From contig OY762964.1 of assembly GCA_963667035.1 (NCBI GenBank), forward strand, positions 2,592,001 to 2,656,000: a stretch of 64,000 nt of DNA, given 5' to 3'. The position numbers and the translations under genes were made by a program. A model generated the notes under the pieces. The model had not been told where the DNA came from and searched no databases. It worked only from the letters and a program-made list of their open reading frames with translations. Within the stretch, counting starts at the first letter, position 1; the number at the start of each line of letters is the position of its first letter. The stretch comes from Candidatus Cloacimonadales bacterium. Lineage in GTDB: Bacteria; Cloacimonadota; Cloacimonadia; Cloacimonadales; JAFGVF01. Below are positions 48,415 through 57,918 of this stretch, piece by piece.

Positions 48415-48496
48415 AGATAATCCTTTCATTGTTTCTTAGAGCTTTGTGGTTATGTGGATGTGTTTTGGTGTGTTCAGCTCTTCAAAACAACTATCT
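48415..48496 (-). ncRNA. Putative structured leader element (stem enclosing a C/A-rich loop), copy 1
   Basis: AGAUAGU..UUGUUUU-GA-AGAGCU [..CCAAAACACAUCCACAUAACCACAA] AGCUCU-AA-GAAACAA..AUUAUCU. Confidence 0.45.
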
Positions 48497-48772
48497 CAGA
48501 TCATTTTTTGTTTCCGGTATTTTATTTCTTCCGGTACGAAATTTCCTTCTTTTTACTGTACTTCAGCCACATTTGTCCTACCTCCTGTGGACCAAAATAC
48601 ATTGATACAACGCAAATTTGGTTTAATATCAATTTCCTTGTCAAGAGTTTTTTGAATTCACTAATTGCTAAAAAGATTATTTTGATTCTGTAAAATGCTT
48701 AGATTATTGAGTAGATTTAAATTATGAATTTGTTTCAATAAGTGTTTTTATTATTGTTTCTTTACCATTAAC

Positions 48773-48803
48773 AAAAAAAGACGACTCCTTACGAAGTCGT
48801 CTT
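48773..48803 (-). terminator. Terminator after paralog 2
   Basis: AAGACGACT..AGTCGTCTT followed by a T run on the minus strand. Confidence 0.8.
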
Positions 48804-48824
48804 GATTTTCTGATAGATTTATGT

Positions 48825-51800
48825 TTATTTAACTATCTTTTTACCCAATTCCGGTTTAGGCTCAATGTATTCTATCCATCTTAAGTTTCTGAGATTTACT
48901 CTTTGACTAATACTGAATACAGGAGCTGCAACACGTACAGGAGCTTCGTCAGTTGCTGTCACTTTTACGAAGTAATGATTACCGGGAAGTAAAGATGCAT
49001 CCATAGTAGCTGAGTTTGTTGGCCATGAACTTAGATAAGTTAACTCATTAGCTTCAAATTCCGGTGTTTCTTCTACATATACTTTGTAAAGTGTAGCACC
49101 GGAAACAGCATCCCATGTTAGATTCATTAAACTACCGTCATATGATAATGAAATGTTTGCAGGTATATCTAGTGGTGTTGGAGGTTCAACTAATTCTTCT
49201 ACTGAAGTAGCAAAAGCTATTGCCAAGTCATTTGATATAGGACCACCTACACCGTTGTTTCTGTATTGGATACCAATTGTTCCGTCAGCATTCTCTATAC
49301 CGATACAGGCATCGCCGGCAATTGATACAACACCTGAATCACCGTTAGGATTTAAATAGTTCTGATATTGTATTTTTATCCTTCCGCTAGGATAAAGTAT
49401 TACTTGAACATCAATGTATTCATTTAAATCACCGTAATCATTGTACATCATTGCAGTATAAACAAAGTTGCCGGCTGCATCATTTCCATAGTATAGTACC
49501 GATGGTATATCTTCAGGATTTGAGTCCATGGATGCAAATGCTATTACATCATTAGGTACGGAAGAATTAGGAATAGCTAAATTCTCATGATTTTGCCAGT
49601 TTGTGTCAACTGTACCAAACTGAATTGTTCCGTTAGAACAGATAGACAACTCGGTATAATCATTACCAAAGTAATTGAAAGTAAATCCAATAGGAACATT
49701 CTGTGCAGAAGCATCATCTCCAAGTGAAATTACAGTACCGGTTTCACTGATATCTACCCACTCAAAGGTAGGTTGATAACCTAAAGCACTACCATTAACA
49801 GTACTATTGGCAAAGTAGTAACCATCATAAAGTGTACCGTCTCCACCAAAGTTAGGATTTGCCAGAGTTGTGAAGCTATATGTTGCAACAGGTGCAGGTC
49901 CTTCACCATTACTATTATAGCCGGTTACATACCAATAATATGTTGTGTTATAATCAAGAGGTGATGTAAGAATCACACCTGTATAATTACCAACATCTGT
50001 TTGGATAAAGTCTTCATTATCCAAACTTACATACAAATAATAACCGGTAGCCCAACTGTCTGCATCCCACTGGAATGTAGTGTATTCACTTATACCTGTA
50101 GCAAGATTTTCCGGTGCAGTCATAACAATCTCTTCAGGAGTACTTCCATACGTAGTAAAACTCCATACAGGGCAATCAGTTGCATTACCGTTTACATTGT
50201 AAGGAATTACTTGCCAATAATATGTTATCCCGCCAGCTAAATCACTATAATTATAAGTAGTTGCGTCATCTTGATCAACTCCATCTAGAATATTTGTTGG
50301 AGGATTATCTGAACCAAAACTCAAATAATAACCATCAGCAAAAGGCACACTATTCCATTCAAGGGTTCCTGCTGAAAGCTGATCAACAGATTCATCGGCA
50401 GGTGATACTAGTGTAGTAACTGCTGGAGGTATAGTGTTATCAAAAATGTAGATGTCATCTATTGTGATATCTCCATAGAAACTTGTTGATTCCATAGCTC
50501 TAAAGTCTAAAGATACGGTTTGTCCCGCATATTCCGTGAGATTCACAAAACCCATCATCCATTCAGATTGTCCTTCAGGAGATGCAAAAGTTGCTACGGA
50601 TTCATCAGTTGTTTCACCATTCACAACATCTATATGCAATTCAGTAGTATTAGCATTCTTTCCAATCCAATAGTAGAAAGTAAGAACCGGATTTGTCAAA
50701 CTACTGAAATTGAAAGTAGGTGTATATAGATGAGCAGGAATTACGTTAGGATCTGAATCATCAAGGAACATCATATATCCGCTATTACCTGTATGCTCAG
50801 AAGATGCTGCATAATCATAAGACAAACCTTGATAAGTTTGCCAACCATTATTGTTTGAATCAGGATTTCCTACCCATTCAAGTGGAAACTCAGCAGTGTC
50901 AAAAGACTGTGTATAAGGAAAATCTGCAATAATGGGATCAAATCCTTCACCTTGTACCGGAATATTATGAGTTTCTCTCGTAACATTGTCAACAATCACA
51001 ATATTGTCGCTGACAATTCCTTCAGAAACAGGTTGGAAAATAACTTCAAATGAAGCAGATTGAGTCGGTGCAAGAGTTAATGGATATGAATTACTATCAT
51101 TTATCGAGAAGTAAGTTCCGGTTTCCATTGCAACCTGATTGTTAATAACCAAGTCTGCTCCACCATTATTAATAATAGTAAAAGAGTGAGCATCACTTAG
51201 ACTATTAATATAGGTCATACCGAAATCATAAGAGTCAGGATTTATTGAGAACTCAGGTAGTTCAGGAACATCACCAAACTGAATCCTAATATTTGGGATA
51301 GAAGTTCTCAGATAAGATGCAGTCGGAGGTTCTGTTGGATCAGGATTGTTTGAATCACTTCTATACATAATTGAACGACTTTCCTCAACTGTTGTGCAGA
51401 AGAATTCATCTGTACTTGACTCACAACCTGTTTGATTCTCTTCAACAGCAATAACTAAGTTATCAGTATTGTTATAACTGAAAGGTGAATCCAAGTTAAA
51501 CTCAATCCAACCATCATCTGTTGGATAAGGATCTAGTGCCACTGAAGCGACTTGCGTCAAGTTATCGATTGGAATCCAGTCTGATGTAGAGGCAAACTCT
51601 GTTAAATTGGTATGACCCATATAGATAACCCACTGAGTTGAATGTTCAAGATCAGTAGAGCCATTGTAGTGATACCAAATTTTCTCTATTCTTCTGCTCT
51701 CGACATTTACCTCACTTTGAAGATAGATACTCTGAGAATATGAATAGTAATAAAATGGTTCGATGGGGAGACCTTGGTCTACAACACTACCATTACCAAT

Positions 51801-52916
51801 AGCAATAACATCGCTACCAAGATTTGTAGTAAAATTGAATAAACTCTCTGTTCCAATAGAGCTAATCTCATTTTTAGCAACTACTTTCCAATAATATGTT
51901 GTAGCATTAGAAAGTCTACCCGGTATATAAGTTCCACTTGCACCGGCTATTCCATCAGTTATAACTTGAGCAACTGGAGGATTAACTGTATCAAAATATA
52001 AATCATATGTTTCAGTATTTACACCAAAATCCCAAGTTAAAGTTGTTCCAATACTTACATTCATTGCATTATCATCAGGGCTTGGTGATGTTGCTAATCC
52101 GGGTGTTAAATCAATAGTTGTGAAACTATAAACCTGGTTGTTTGTATCTTCACTAACTGAATTCTTAGAAACAACCTTCCAATAATAGGTAGTATTATCT
52201 AACAAATTACTACTAGGTGTATAAGAACCAACTGAAGCTGTACCATCAGTCACAACCTGAACAACAGGTGGATTAACTGTATCAAAATATAAATCATATG
52301 TTTCAGTATTTGCCCCAAAATCCCAAGTTATACTTGTTGTAATTGGTTGATTTATTGAGTCATCTAACGGACTTACATTTGATATTAATTGAGGAGATAA
52401 TGCGTCTATATATATCTCCGGTCCTACGATTTCATCAAGAAGTGTTGGATAACCATAATCATCGATTGCTCTAAATCGAATGTATGCATTGTTTGTTTGT
52501 GCATAGGTTTCAAGATTGTAAGTATGCGACTCATATTCTTCTGCATTTAGTAAGTGATCAATTTCTATCCAAGTCTCTGTACCATCAGTAGAAATCTCAA
52601 TGTATAATTCATTCTGATCTTCAGACCAATCAGCTGCTTTATACCAGAAACTCAATTCATCTGTTTCACTAGCTGTTAAGTCTAATCTAGGGGTTATCAA
52701 AACACCTTCTGAGCCACGATTAGATGTGCCATTGAATCCAGCAGCATGATAACCGGTATAAAAATTAGTGCTTTGTACCCAAGCATGACCTGAAATTATT
52801 GTATTTTCCCAATCTTGTGGAGGGAATCCGTTTTCAAACCCTTCGTTTAATTGCACAGCAAAGATTGAAGTTGCAATCAGAAAAAGAATGGAAACAATTA
52901 ATGTTAATCTTTTCAT
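48825..52916 (-). CDS. Large secreted surface protein, tandem paralog 2 (cleaved-adhesin-like N-terminus, FN3/SusE-like repeats, ASH-Ig, MAM-like, terminal FN3 and basic tail)
   Basis: EGFENGFPPQDW..LITPRLDL; middle and C-terminal blocks near-identical to paralog 1; N-terminus resembles paralog 3. Confidence 0.85.
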   Translation of the reverse strand: MKRLTLIVSILFLIATSIFAVQLNEGFENGFPPQDWENTIISGHAWVQSTNFYTGYHAAGFNGTSNRGSEGVLITPRLDLTASETDELSFWYKAADWSEDQNELYIEISTDGTETWIEIDHLLNAEEYESHTYNLETYAQTNNAYIRFRAIDDYGYPTLLDEIVGPEIYIDALSPQLISNVSPLDDSINQPITTSITWDFGANTETYDLYFDTVNPPVVQVVTDGTASVGSYTPSSNLLDNTTYYWKVVSKNSVSEDTNNQVYSFTTIDLTPGLATSPSPDDNAMNVSIGTTLTWDFGVNTETYDLYFDTVNPPVAQVITDGIAGASGTYIPGRLSNATTYYWKVVAKNEISSIGTESLFNFTTNLGSDVIAIGNGSVVDQGLPIEPFYYYSYSQSIYLQSEVNVESRRIEKIWYHYNGSTDLEHSTQWVIYMGHTNLTEFASTSDWIPIDNLTQVASVALDPYPTDDGWIEFNLDSPFSYNNTDNLVIAVEENQTGCESSTDEFFCTTVEESRSIMYRSDSNNPDPTEPPTASYLRTSIPNIRIQFGDVPELPEFSINPDSYDFGMTYINSLSDAHSFTIINNGGADLVINNQVAMETGTYFSINDSNSYPLTLAPTQSASFEVIFQPVSEGIVSDNIVIVDNVTRETHNIPVQGEGFDPIIADFPYTQSFDTAEFPLEWVGNPDSNNNGWQTYQGLSYDYAASSEHTGNSGYMMFLDDSDPNVIPAHLYTPTFNFSSLTNPVLTFYYWIGKNANTTELHIDVVNGETTDESVATFASPEGQSEWMMGFVNLTEYAGQTVSLDFRAMESTSFYGDITIDDIYIFDNTIPPAVTTLVSPADESVDQLSAGTLEWNSVPFADGYYLSFGSDNPPTNILDGVDQDDATTYNYSDLAGGITYYWQVIPYNVNGNATDCPVWSFTTYGSTPEEIVMTAPENLATGISEYTTFQWDADSWATGYYLYVSLDNEDFIQTDVGNYTGVILTSPLDYNTTYYWYVTGYNSNGEGPAPVATYSFTTLANPNFGGDGTLYDGYYFANSTVNGSALGYQPTFEWVDISETGTVISLGDDASAQNVPIGFTFNYFGNDYTELSICSNGTIQFGTVDTNWQNHENLAIPNSSVPNDVIAFASMDSNPEDIPSVLYYGNDAAGNFVYTAMMYNDYGDLNEYIDVQVILYPSGRIKIQYQNYLNPNGDSGVVSIAGDACIGIENADGTIGIQYRNNGVGGPISNDLAIAFATSVEELVEPPTPLDIPANISLSYDGSLMNLTWDAVSGATLYKVYVEETPEFEANELTYLSSWPTNSATMDASLLPGNHYFVKVTATDEAPVRVAAPVFSISQRVNLRNLRWIEYIEPKPELGKKIVK

Positions 52917-53051
52917 TTGTGAATAACTCCATAATTAATAATAATTAAAGAAGTTGAAATAAATAGTTGAACGCTTCTCCGTACTACACCTTTATCTCAT
53001 ATCTCCTTGTAACTGCGGTACATCAATAAAGATATACCAATCTTGCAATTT

Positions 53052-53126
53052 ATCTGAAGGTGTCGGTGAATCTTGTGGGTTGTGGATGTGTTTGGATTAT
53101 TTTTCCCCCTGACAACCTAAACAGAT
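53052..53126 (-). ncRNA. Putative structured leader element, copy 2
   Basis: AUCUG..AGGUUGUC..GGAA [..CCAAACACAUCCACAACCCACAAGA] UUCACC-GACACCU..CAGAU. Confidence 0.45.
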
Positions 53127-53310
53127 CTTATTCAATGGGAAACATAATTTTATAAATTTGTGCATCTCCTACCATGTTAATACACAAAATATATCTCCCA
53201 TACTAAATAGAGTTTTGATTATCCTATAAAATAATGTCAAGACATTTTTTTCTTTATCTATTATTAAAGCAATATGAATGTGTAATATACTCTTGCAAAT
53301 GAGTATGCAC

Positions 53311-53342
53311 AAAAAAAAGACGACCCCTTGCGAAGCCGTCTT
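53311..53342 (-). terminator. Terminator after paralog 3 (homologous to 48773-48803)
   Basis: AAGACGGC..GTCGTCTT followed by a T run on the minus strand. Confidence 0.75.
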
Positions 53343-53365
53343 AGTTGTAGGTTTATCTTTTTTTC

Positions 53366-56300
53366 TTATTTTTCTTTTTTCAGATTCTCTTCAAGCTTTG
53401 GTTCTTTATATTCCATCCAGCTTAGATTTCTGAGATTTGTTTTTTGACTTAATCTAGAAGAAGGTGCTCCTATGGGAGCAGGAACTTCTTCATCTGTTGC
53501 GGTAACTTTTACGAAATAGTGACTACCAGTAAATAAAGATACATCCATAGATGCAGAATTTGTAGACCATGAACTTAAATAAGTTAACTCATTAGCCTCA
53601 AATTCAGGTGTTTCTTCTGCATACACTTTGTAAAGAGTAGCACCTGATACTGCATCCCATGTTAGGTTCATAACACTACCGTCATAAGAAATAGAAACAT
53701 TTTCCGGAGTTGTTATAAGTCCGGCAGGTTCTGCAAGTCCTTCGAGACTACTAGAATAGGCAATTGCCATATTCTCTAACATCGGTCCACCTTCGCCATT
53801 GTTTCTATATTGTATACCAACTGTTCCATCTGCATTCTCGATACCTATACATGCATCTCCTGGTATTGAAAGACTTCCGGTATCATCGTAAAGATTCACA
53901 TAGTTCCTATATTGAACCTTGATTCTACCGTTAGGGTAAAGAATAACCTGCATATCCATGTATTCATCATAATCATCGTAATCATTCCACATTTCTACAG
54001 TGTAAACAAAATTGCCATTGGCGTCATTCCCATAATAGCAATTTGATGGAATATCAGTTGTATGCATATCCATTGCAGAAATCGCAATTACATCATTTGG
54101 AGTAGATGCATTAGGAATTGTCATATTAGATCCTGTCGAGGTAGCAGGATTAGAGAACATTACATATCCATTTGTTCCAAGGTAAATCTGAGTATAGTCA
54201 TTACCAAAGTAATTGAACGTAAATCCTATATCAACTGTAGCATAACCATCATCAGCACTTGTATATGATGGAGAAGTACCTGTTTCACTTATATCAACCC
54301 AACCAAAAGAAGGTTGATATCCTAATCCATTTCCACCGGCAGTACTATTAGCGAAATAGTAACCACCATACAATACTCCATCACCACCGTAATTTGGATC
54401 TGATTGAGTTGTGAAACTAAATGTGTTAGTCGGAGCAGGGCTTTCACCATTAGGATTATAACCTGTTACATACCAGTAGTAAGTTGTTTCATAATCTAAA
54501 GGAGAAGTCAACGTAACACCGGTAATATCACCAACATCAGTCTGGGTAAAATTCTCGTTATCCAAACTTACATACAGATAATAGCCATCAGCCCAGCTAT
54601 CACTGTTCCACCTAAATGTTGTATATCCATCTACATTGGTTGCTGCATCAGTAGGTGTAGTCATTGTGATTTCTTCCGGAGCATTGCCATAAGTTGTGAA
54701 ACTCCATACCGGGCATTCATTAGTATTACCATTTGCATTATAAGGAACTACTTGCCAATAATATGTAGTACCACCATTTAAGTTAGTAGCATTATAGGTT
54801 AAGTTAATACCATTATCTTGCATATTAAGAATATTAGTAGGTGGATTATCAGTACCTAAATTCAAATAGTAACCGTCTGCAAATGCAACTGTATCCCATT
54901 CAAGTGTTATTTCAAACGGTTGTTCAATAGCTGCATCAGAAGGAGAAACCAGTGTTGATGTTGCTGGAGGATTGGTATTATCAAATACGTGAACATCATC
55001 CAAACAAATATCACTATTGTAATCGGATCCGGTTATTGCTCTAAAACGTACTCTAACCTCATCTCCATAACCGCTTAACAAGAAACTATGCAAGAACCAT
55101 CCTGTGCCTTGATTACCAGAAATAGCAGGAGCTACATCTTCATTCCAAGCAGTTCCATCCCATATATCAAAATGTAACTCACCCATTGTACTACCATACA
55201 TGTTATAATAGAATGAGAATGTAGGATTAGTTAATGATTCAATATTGAAAACAGGTGTAAGTAAATCAAATCTCTCATTTGGATGACTTGTAGCTTCTGT
55301 AAAGATAAACAAGCCATCTCCGGAAGTATGGTCACCAGATGTCGGGCCTGTCGATGAAGAAGGTGTTGAATCACTGATAGTCCAGTCACTATCATCTTCT
55401 GTACCTTGTTCCCATGGAACTGTAAGTTCTCCGCCATTTTCAAAATCTTCGTCATAAGGATATGAAGAAATTACCGGATCAAAACCTTCTCCTTGAACAG
55501 GAATACTGTGCGTTAATCTAGTGATATTATCAACAATCACAATATTATCATTGAAAACTCCTACAGAACTAGGACTAAATGTCACTTCAAATGTTACATT
55601 ATCAGTAGGAGCTATTGTGATAGGGTAACTATTATTATCGGTAACATTGAAGTTTGCTCCGTTTTCCATAGCTATCGGATCATTAATAATTAAATCCGCT
55701 CCACCATTATTAGAAATTGTAAATGTTGGTGCATCGCTAGAAGTGTTAATGTAAGTAATTCCAAAATCATAAGAATCCGGATTTATGAAGAACTCAGGTT
55801 GCTCCGGAAGTTCTCCGAATTTCATTCTAATGTTTGGAATATAATTATATATCCCGGCAGCTACCGGAGGAGCTACAGGATCAGGATTTGTGTTATCATT
55901 CCTATACATTATTGAGCGACTTCCTGTAACTGAAGAACAATAAAACTCATCACTACTTGTTTCATAACCGGATTGATTATCTTCAACTGCAATAACTAAG
56001 TTATCAACATTGTTATAAACAAACGGTGTATCTAATGCAAACTCAATCCAGCCCTCTTCAGTAGGATACGGATCTAAAGTTACAGAAGCAACTTGCAATA
56101 AGTTATCAATTGATATCCAATCAGTATTAGTAGCAAACTCAGTCAAGCTTGTGTGACCCATATAGATTACCCACTCACTGGTGTTGTCAAGATCACTAGA
56201 GCCATTATAATAGTACCAAATCTTTTCTATTCTCTGGTTTGCAAAATCAATTTCACTTTGCAGATAGATACTTTGTGAGTATGAATATCCAAAGAATGGA

Positions 56301-57457
56301 TCAACAGGGAGACCTTTATCAGTGATAGTACCAGTTCCAATGCCAACCATATCAGGACTCAATGCTGTTGTAAAGCTGAATGAATTCTCAGTTGTTCTAA
56401 CAGTATTTGAATTCTTGGAAACAACTTTCCAGTAATATGTAGTATCATAAGCGAGTCTACCCGGATTATAGTTTCCAGTGCCACTACAGATTCCATCTGT
56501 AACAACTTGATTAACCGGAGGATAAACTGTATCATAATATAGATCATATGATTCCGCATTTTCTCCGAAACTCCATGAAATTGAGGTGCCTATGCTTTCA
56601 CTAAGTGCACCATCTTCAGGACTAAGTCCGAATATATCTGCAGGTAACCAATCTTTTGTTGTAAAACTATATACTGGATTAATAGTATCATCTCTAACAG
56701 AATTCTTACAAACAACCTTCCAGTAGTATGTCGTGTCGTCATTTATAATACCACTTGGAGTGTAAGCTCCAATAGAAGCAACACCATCTGTTACAACTTG
56801 AATCAATGGAGGATTCACCGTATCTAAATACAAATCATAAGTTTCTGTGTTTACTCCAAAGTCCCAAGTTATTGTCGGTGTAACGGATTGATTAGCTGAT
56901 TCGTTTTCCGGACTTATGTTTTCAATGTATCCTGGAGCTAATGGATCGATATAGATTTCAGAAGCTACAACATCATCAAGAAGTGTTGGATAACCATAAT
57001 CATCAATTGCTCTAAATCTAATATATGTGGTGTTTGTTTGTGTATAAGTTTCTAGATTGTAAGTGTGTGATTCGAAATCTTCTGCATTTAATAAATGGGC
57101 GATTTCTATCCAATTCTCTGCACCATCAGTGGAAATCTCTACATAAAGTTCATTCTGATCACTGGACCATATTGGCGCTTTATACCAGAAACTCAGTTCA
57201 TCTGCTTCACTTACAGTTAAATCTAATCTCGGTGTTAAAAGGACGCCTTCAGAGCCACGATTAATTGTACCCATGAATTGGGCTGAATAGGAACCGGTAT
57301 TAGCACTAGTTCCTTGAATCCATGCATGACCCGTGACTATATTGTTCTCCCAATCCCGAGGAGGGAAATCGTTTTCGAATCCTTCTGTTAACTGCAAAGC
57401 AAAGATTGAAGTTGCAATAAGAAAAAGAATGAAAACAGTTAATGTTAATCTTTTCAT
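53366..57457 (-). CDS. Large secreted surface protein, tandem paralog 3 (contains a clear MAM domain)
   Basis: DDSDW..TPSSSTGPTSGDHTSGDG.FIFTEA..FSFYYNMYGSTMG.L..GNQG..W..DICLDDV; same terminal FN3 and basic tail. Confidence 0.85.
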   Translation of the reverse strand: MKRLTLTVFILFLIATSIFALQLTEGFENDFPPRDWENNIVTGHAWIQGTSANTGSYSAQFMGTINRGSEGVLLTPRLDLTVSEADELSFWYKAPIWSSDQNELYVEISTDGAENWIEIAHLLNAEDFESHTYNLETYTQTNTTYIRFRAIDDYGYPTLLDDVVASEIYIDPLAPGYIENISPENESANQSVTPTITWDFGVNTETYDLYLDTVNPPLIQVVTDGVASIGAYTPSGIINDDTTYYWKVVCKNSVRDDTINPVYSFTTKDWLPADIFGLSPEDGALSESIGTSISWSFGENAESYDLYYDTVYPPVNQVVTDGICSGTGNYNPGRLAYDTTYYWKVVSKNSNTVRTTENSFSFTTALSPDMVGIGTGTITDKGLPVDPFFGYSYSQSIYLQSEIDFANQRIEKIWYYYNGSSDLDNTSEWVIYMGHTSLTEFATNTDWISIDNLLQVASVTLDPYPTEEGWIEFALDTPFVYNNVDNLVIAVEDNQSGYETSSDEFYCSSVTGSRSIMYRNDNTNPDPVAPPVAAGIYNYIPNIRMKFGELPEQPEFFINPDSYDFGITYINTSSDAPTFTISNNGGADLIINDPIAMENGANFNVTDNNSYPITIAPTDNVTFEVTFSPSSVGVFNDNIVIVDNITRLTHSIPVQGEGFDPVISSYPYDEDFENGGELTVPWEQGTEDDSDWTISDSTPSSSTGPTSGDHTSGDGLFIFTEATSHPNERFDLLTPVFNIESLTNPTFSFYYNMYGSTMGELHFDIWDGTAWNEDVAPAISGNQGTGWFLHSFLLSGYGDEVRVRFRAITGSDYNSDICLDDVHVFDNTNPPATSTLVSPSDAAIEQPFEITLEWDTVAFADGYYLNLGTDNPPTNILNMQDNGINLTYNATNLNGGTTYYWQVVPYNANGNTNECPVWSFTTYGNAPEEITMTTPTDAATNVDGYTTFRWNSDSWADGYYLYVSLDNENFTQTDVGDITGVTLTSPLDYETTYYWYVTGYNPNGESPAPTNTFSFTTQSDPNYGGDGVLYGGYYFANSTAGGNGLGYQPSFGWVDISETGTSPSYTSADDGYATVDIGFTFNYFGNDYTQIYLGTNGYVMFSNPATSTGSNMTIPNASTPNDVIAISAMDMHTTDIPSNCYYGNDANGNFVYTVEMWNDYDDYDEYMDMQVILYPNGRIKVQYRNYVNLYDDTGSLSIPGDACIGIENADGTVGIQYRNNGEGGPMLENMAIAYSSSLEGLAEPAGLITTPENVSISYDGSVMNLTWDAVSGATLYKVYAEETPEFEANELTYLSSWSTNSASMDVSLFTGSHYFVKVTATDEEVPAPIGAPSSRLSQKTNLRNLSWMEYKEPKLEENLKKEK

Positions 57458-57593
57458 TTGTGAAAAACTCCCTAATAATTAATAATTAAAGAAGTTGAAA
57501 TAAATTGTTGAATAATCTCCGCAACTACACTTTTTATCTCAAATCTCCTCGTAACTACAGCATATCTATTTAGATATACCAATCCTGTACTTT

Positions 57594-57667
57594 ATCTGAA
57601 TGTGTCGGCGAATCTTGTGGGTTGTGGATGTGTTTGGAATTACATTCTCCCGACTACCAAAACAGAT
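57594..57667 (-). ncRNA. Putative structured leader element, copy 3
   Basis: AUCUG..GUCGG..GAAU [..CCAAACACAUCCACAACCCACAAG] AUUC-G-CCGAC..CAGAU. Confidence 0.45.
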
Positions 57668-57859
57668 CAATATTAATGGGAAAGATTAAATCTAAAATGC
57701 ATTAGCGTATTCCTACCAAGTAAATACACAGAAAACATCTCCCATACCAATCTAAACATTGTCAATCGAGTGTAATAGTGTCAAGGAATTTTTACTTTAT
57801 CTATCATTATAAATAATTGAATGTGTATAATTAGACTCCAAATGGGCATCTAGTTATTG

Positions 57860-57888
57860 AAAAAAGCCGGATTTAAAAGTCCGGCTTT
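57860..57888 (-). terminator. Terminator after the Spy/CpxP gene
   Basis: AAAGCCGGA..TCCGGCTTT hairpin with a T run on the minus strand. Confidence 0.8.
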
Positions 57889-57918
57889 GCTTTATATTCT
57901 CAATTCTAAGAGAGAGGG

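Noticed and set aside
48270..48600. CsrA-binding RNA suggested by many GGA motifs in leader 1
   Set aside because: The purine-rich strand makes GGA frequent, spacing is not conserved in leaders 2 and 3, and there is no evidence for csrA here.
44565..50729. Paired antisense ORFs (44565/49153 and 46220/50520)
   Set aside because: Their similarity follows from duplication of the sense-strand genes, with no independent coding evidence.
44237..51810. Near-identical blocks as a diversity-generating retroelement TR/VR pair
   Set aside because: Both copies are kb-long parts of intact genes, differences are not visibly confined to adenines, and no reverse transcriptase is in the window.
53050..53166. 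38-aa ORF (MHKFIKL..QTHPQPTRF) as the explanation for the C/A-rich motif
   Set aside because: The frame is not conserved in leaders 1 or 3 and RBS spacing is poor, so the conservation is at nucleotide level.
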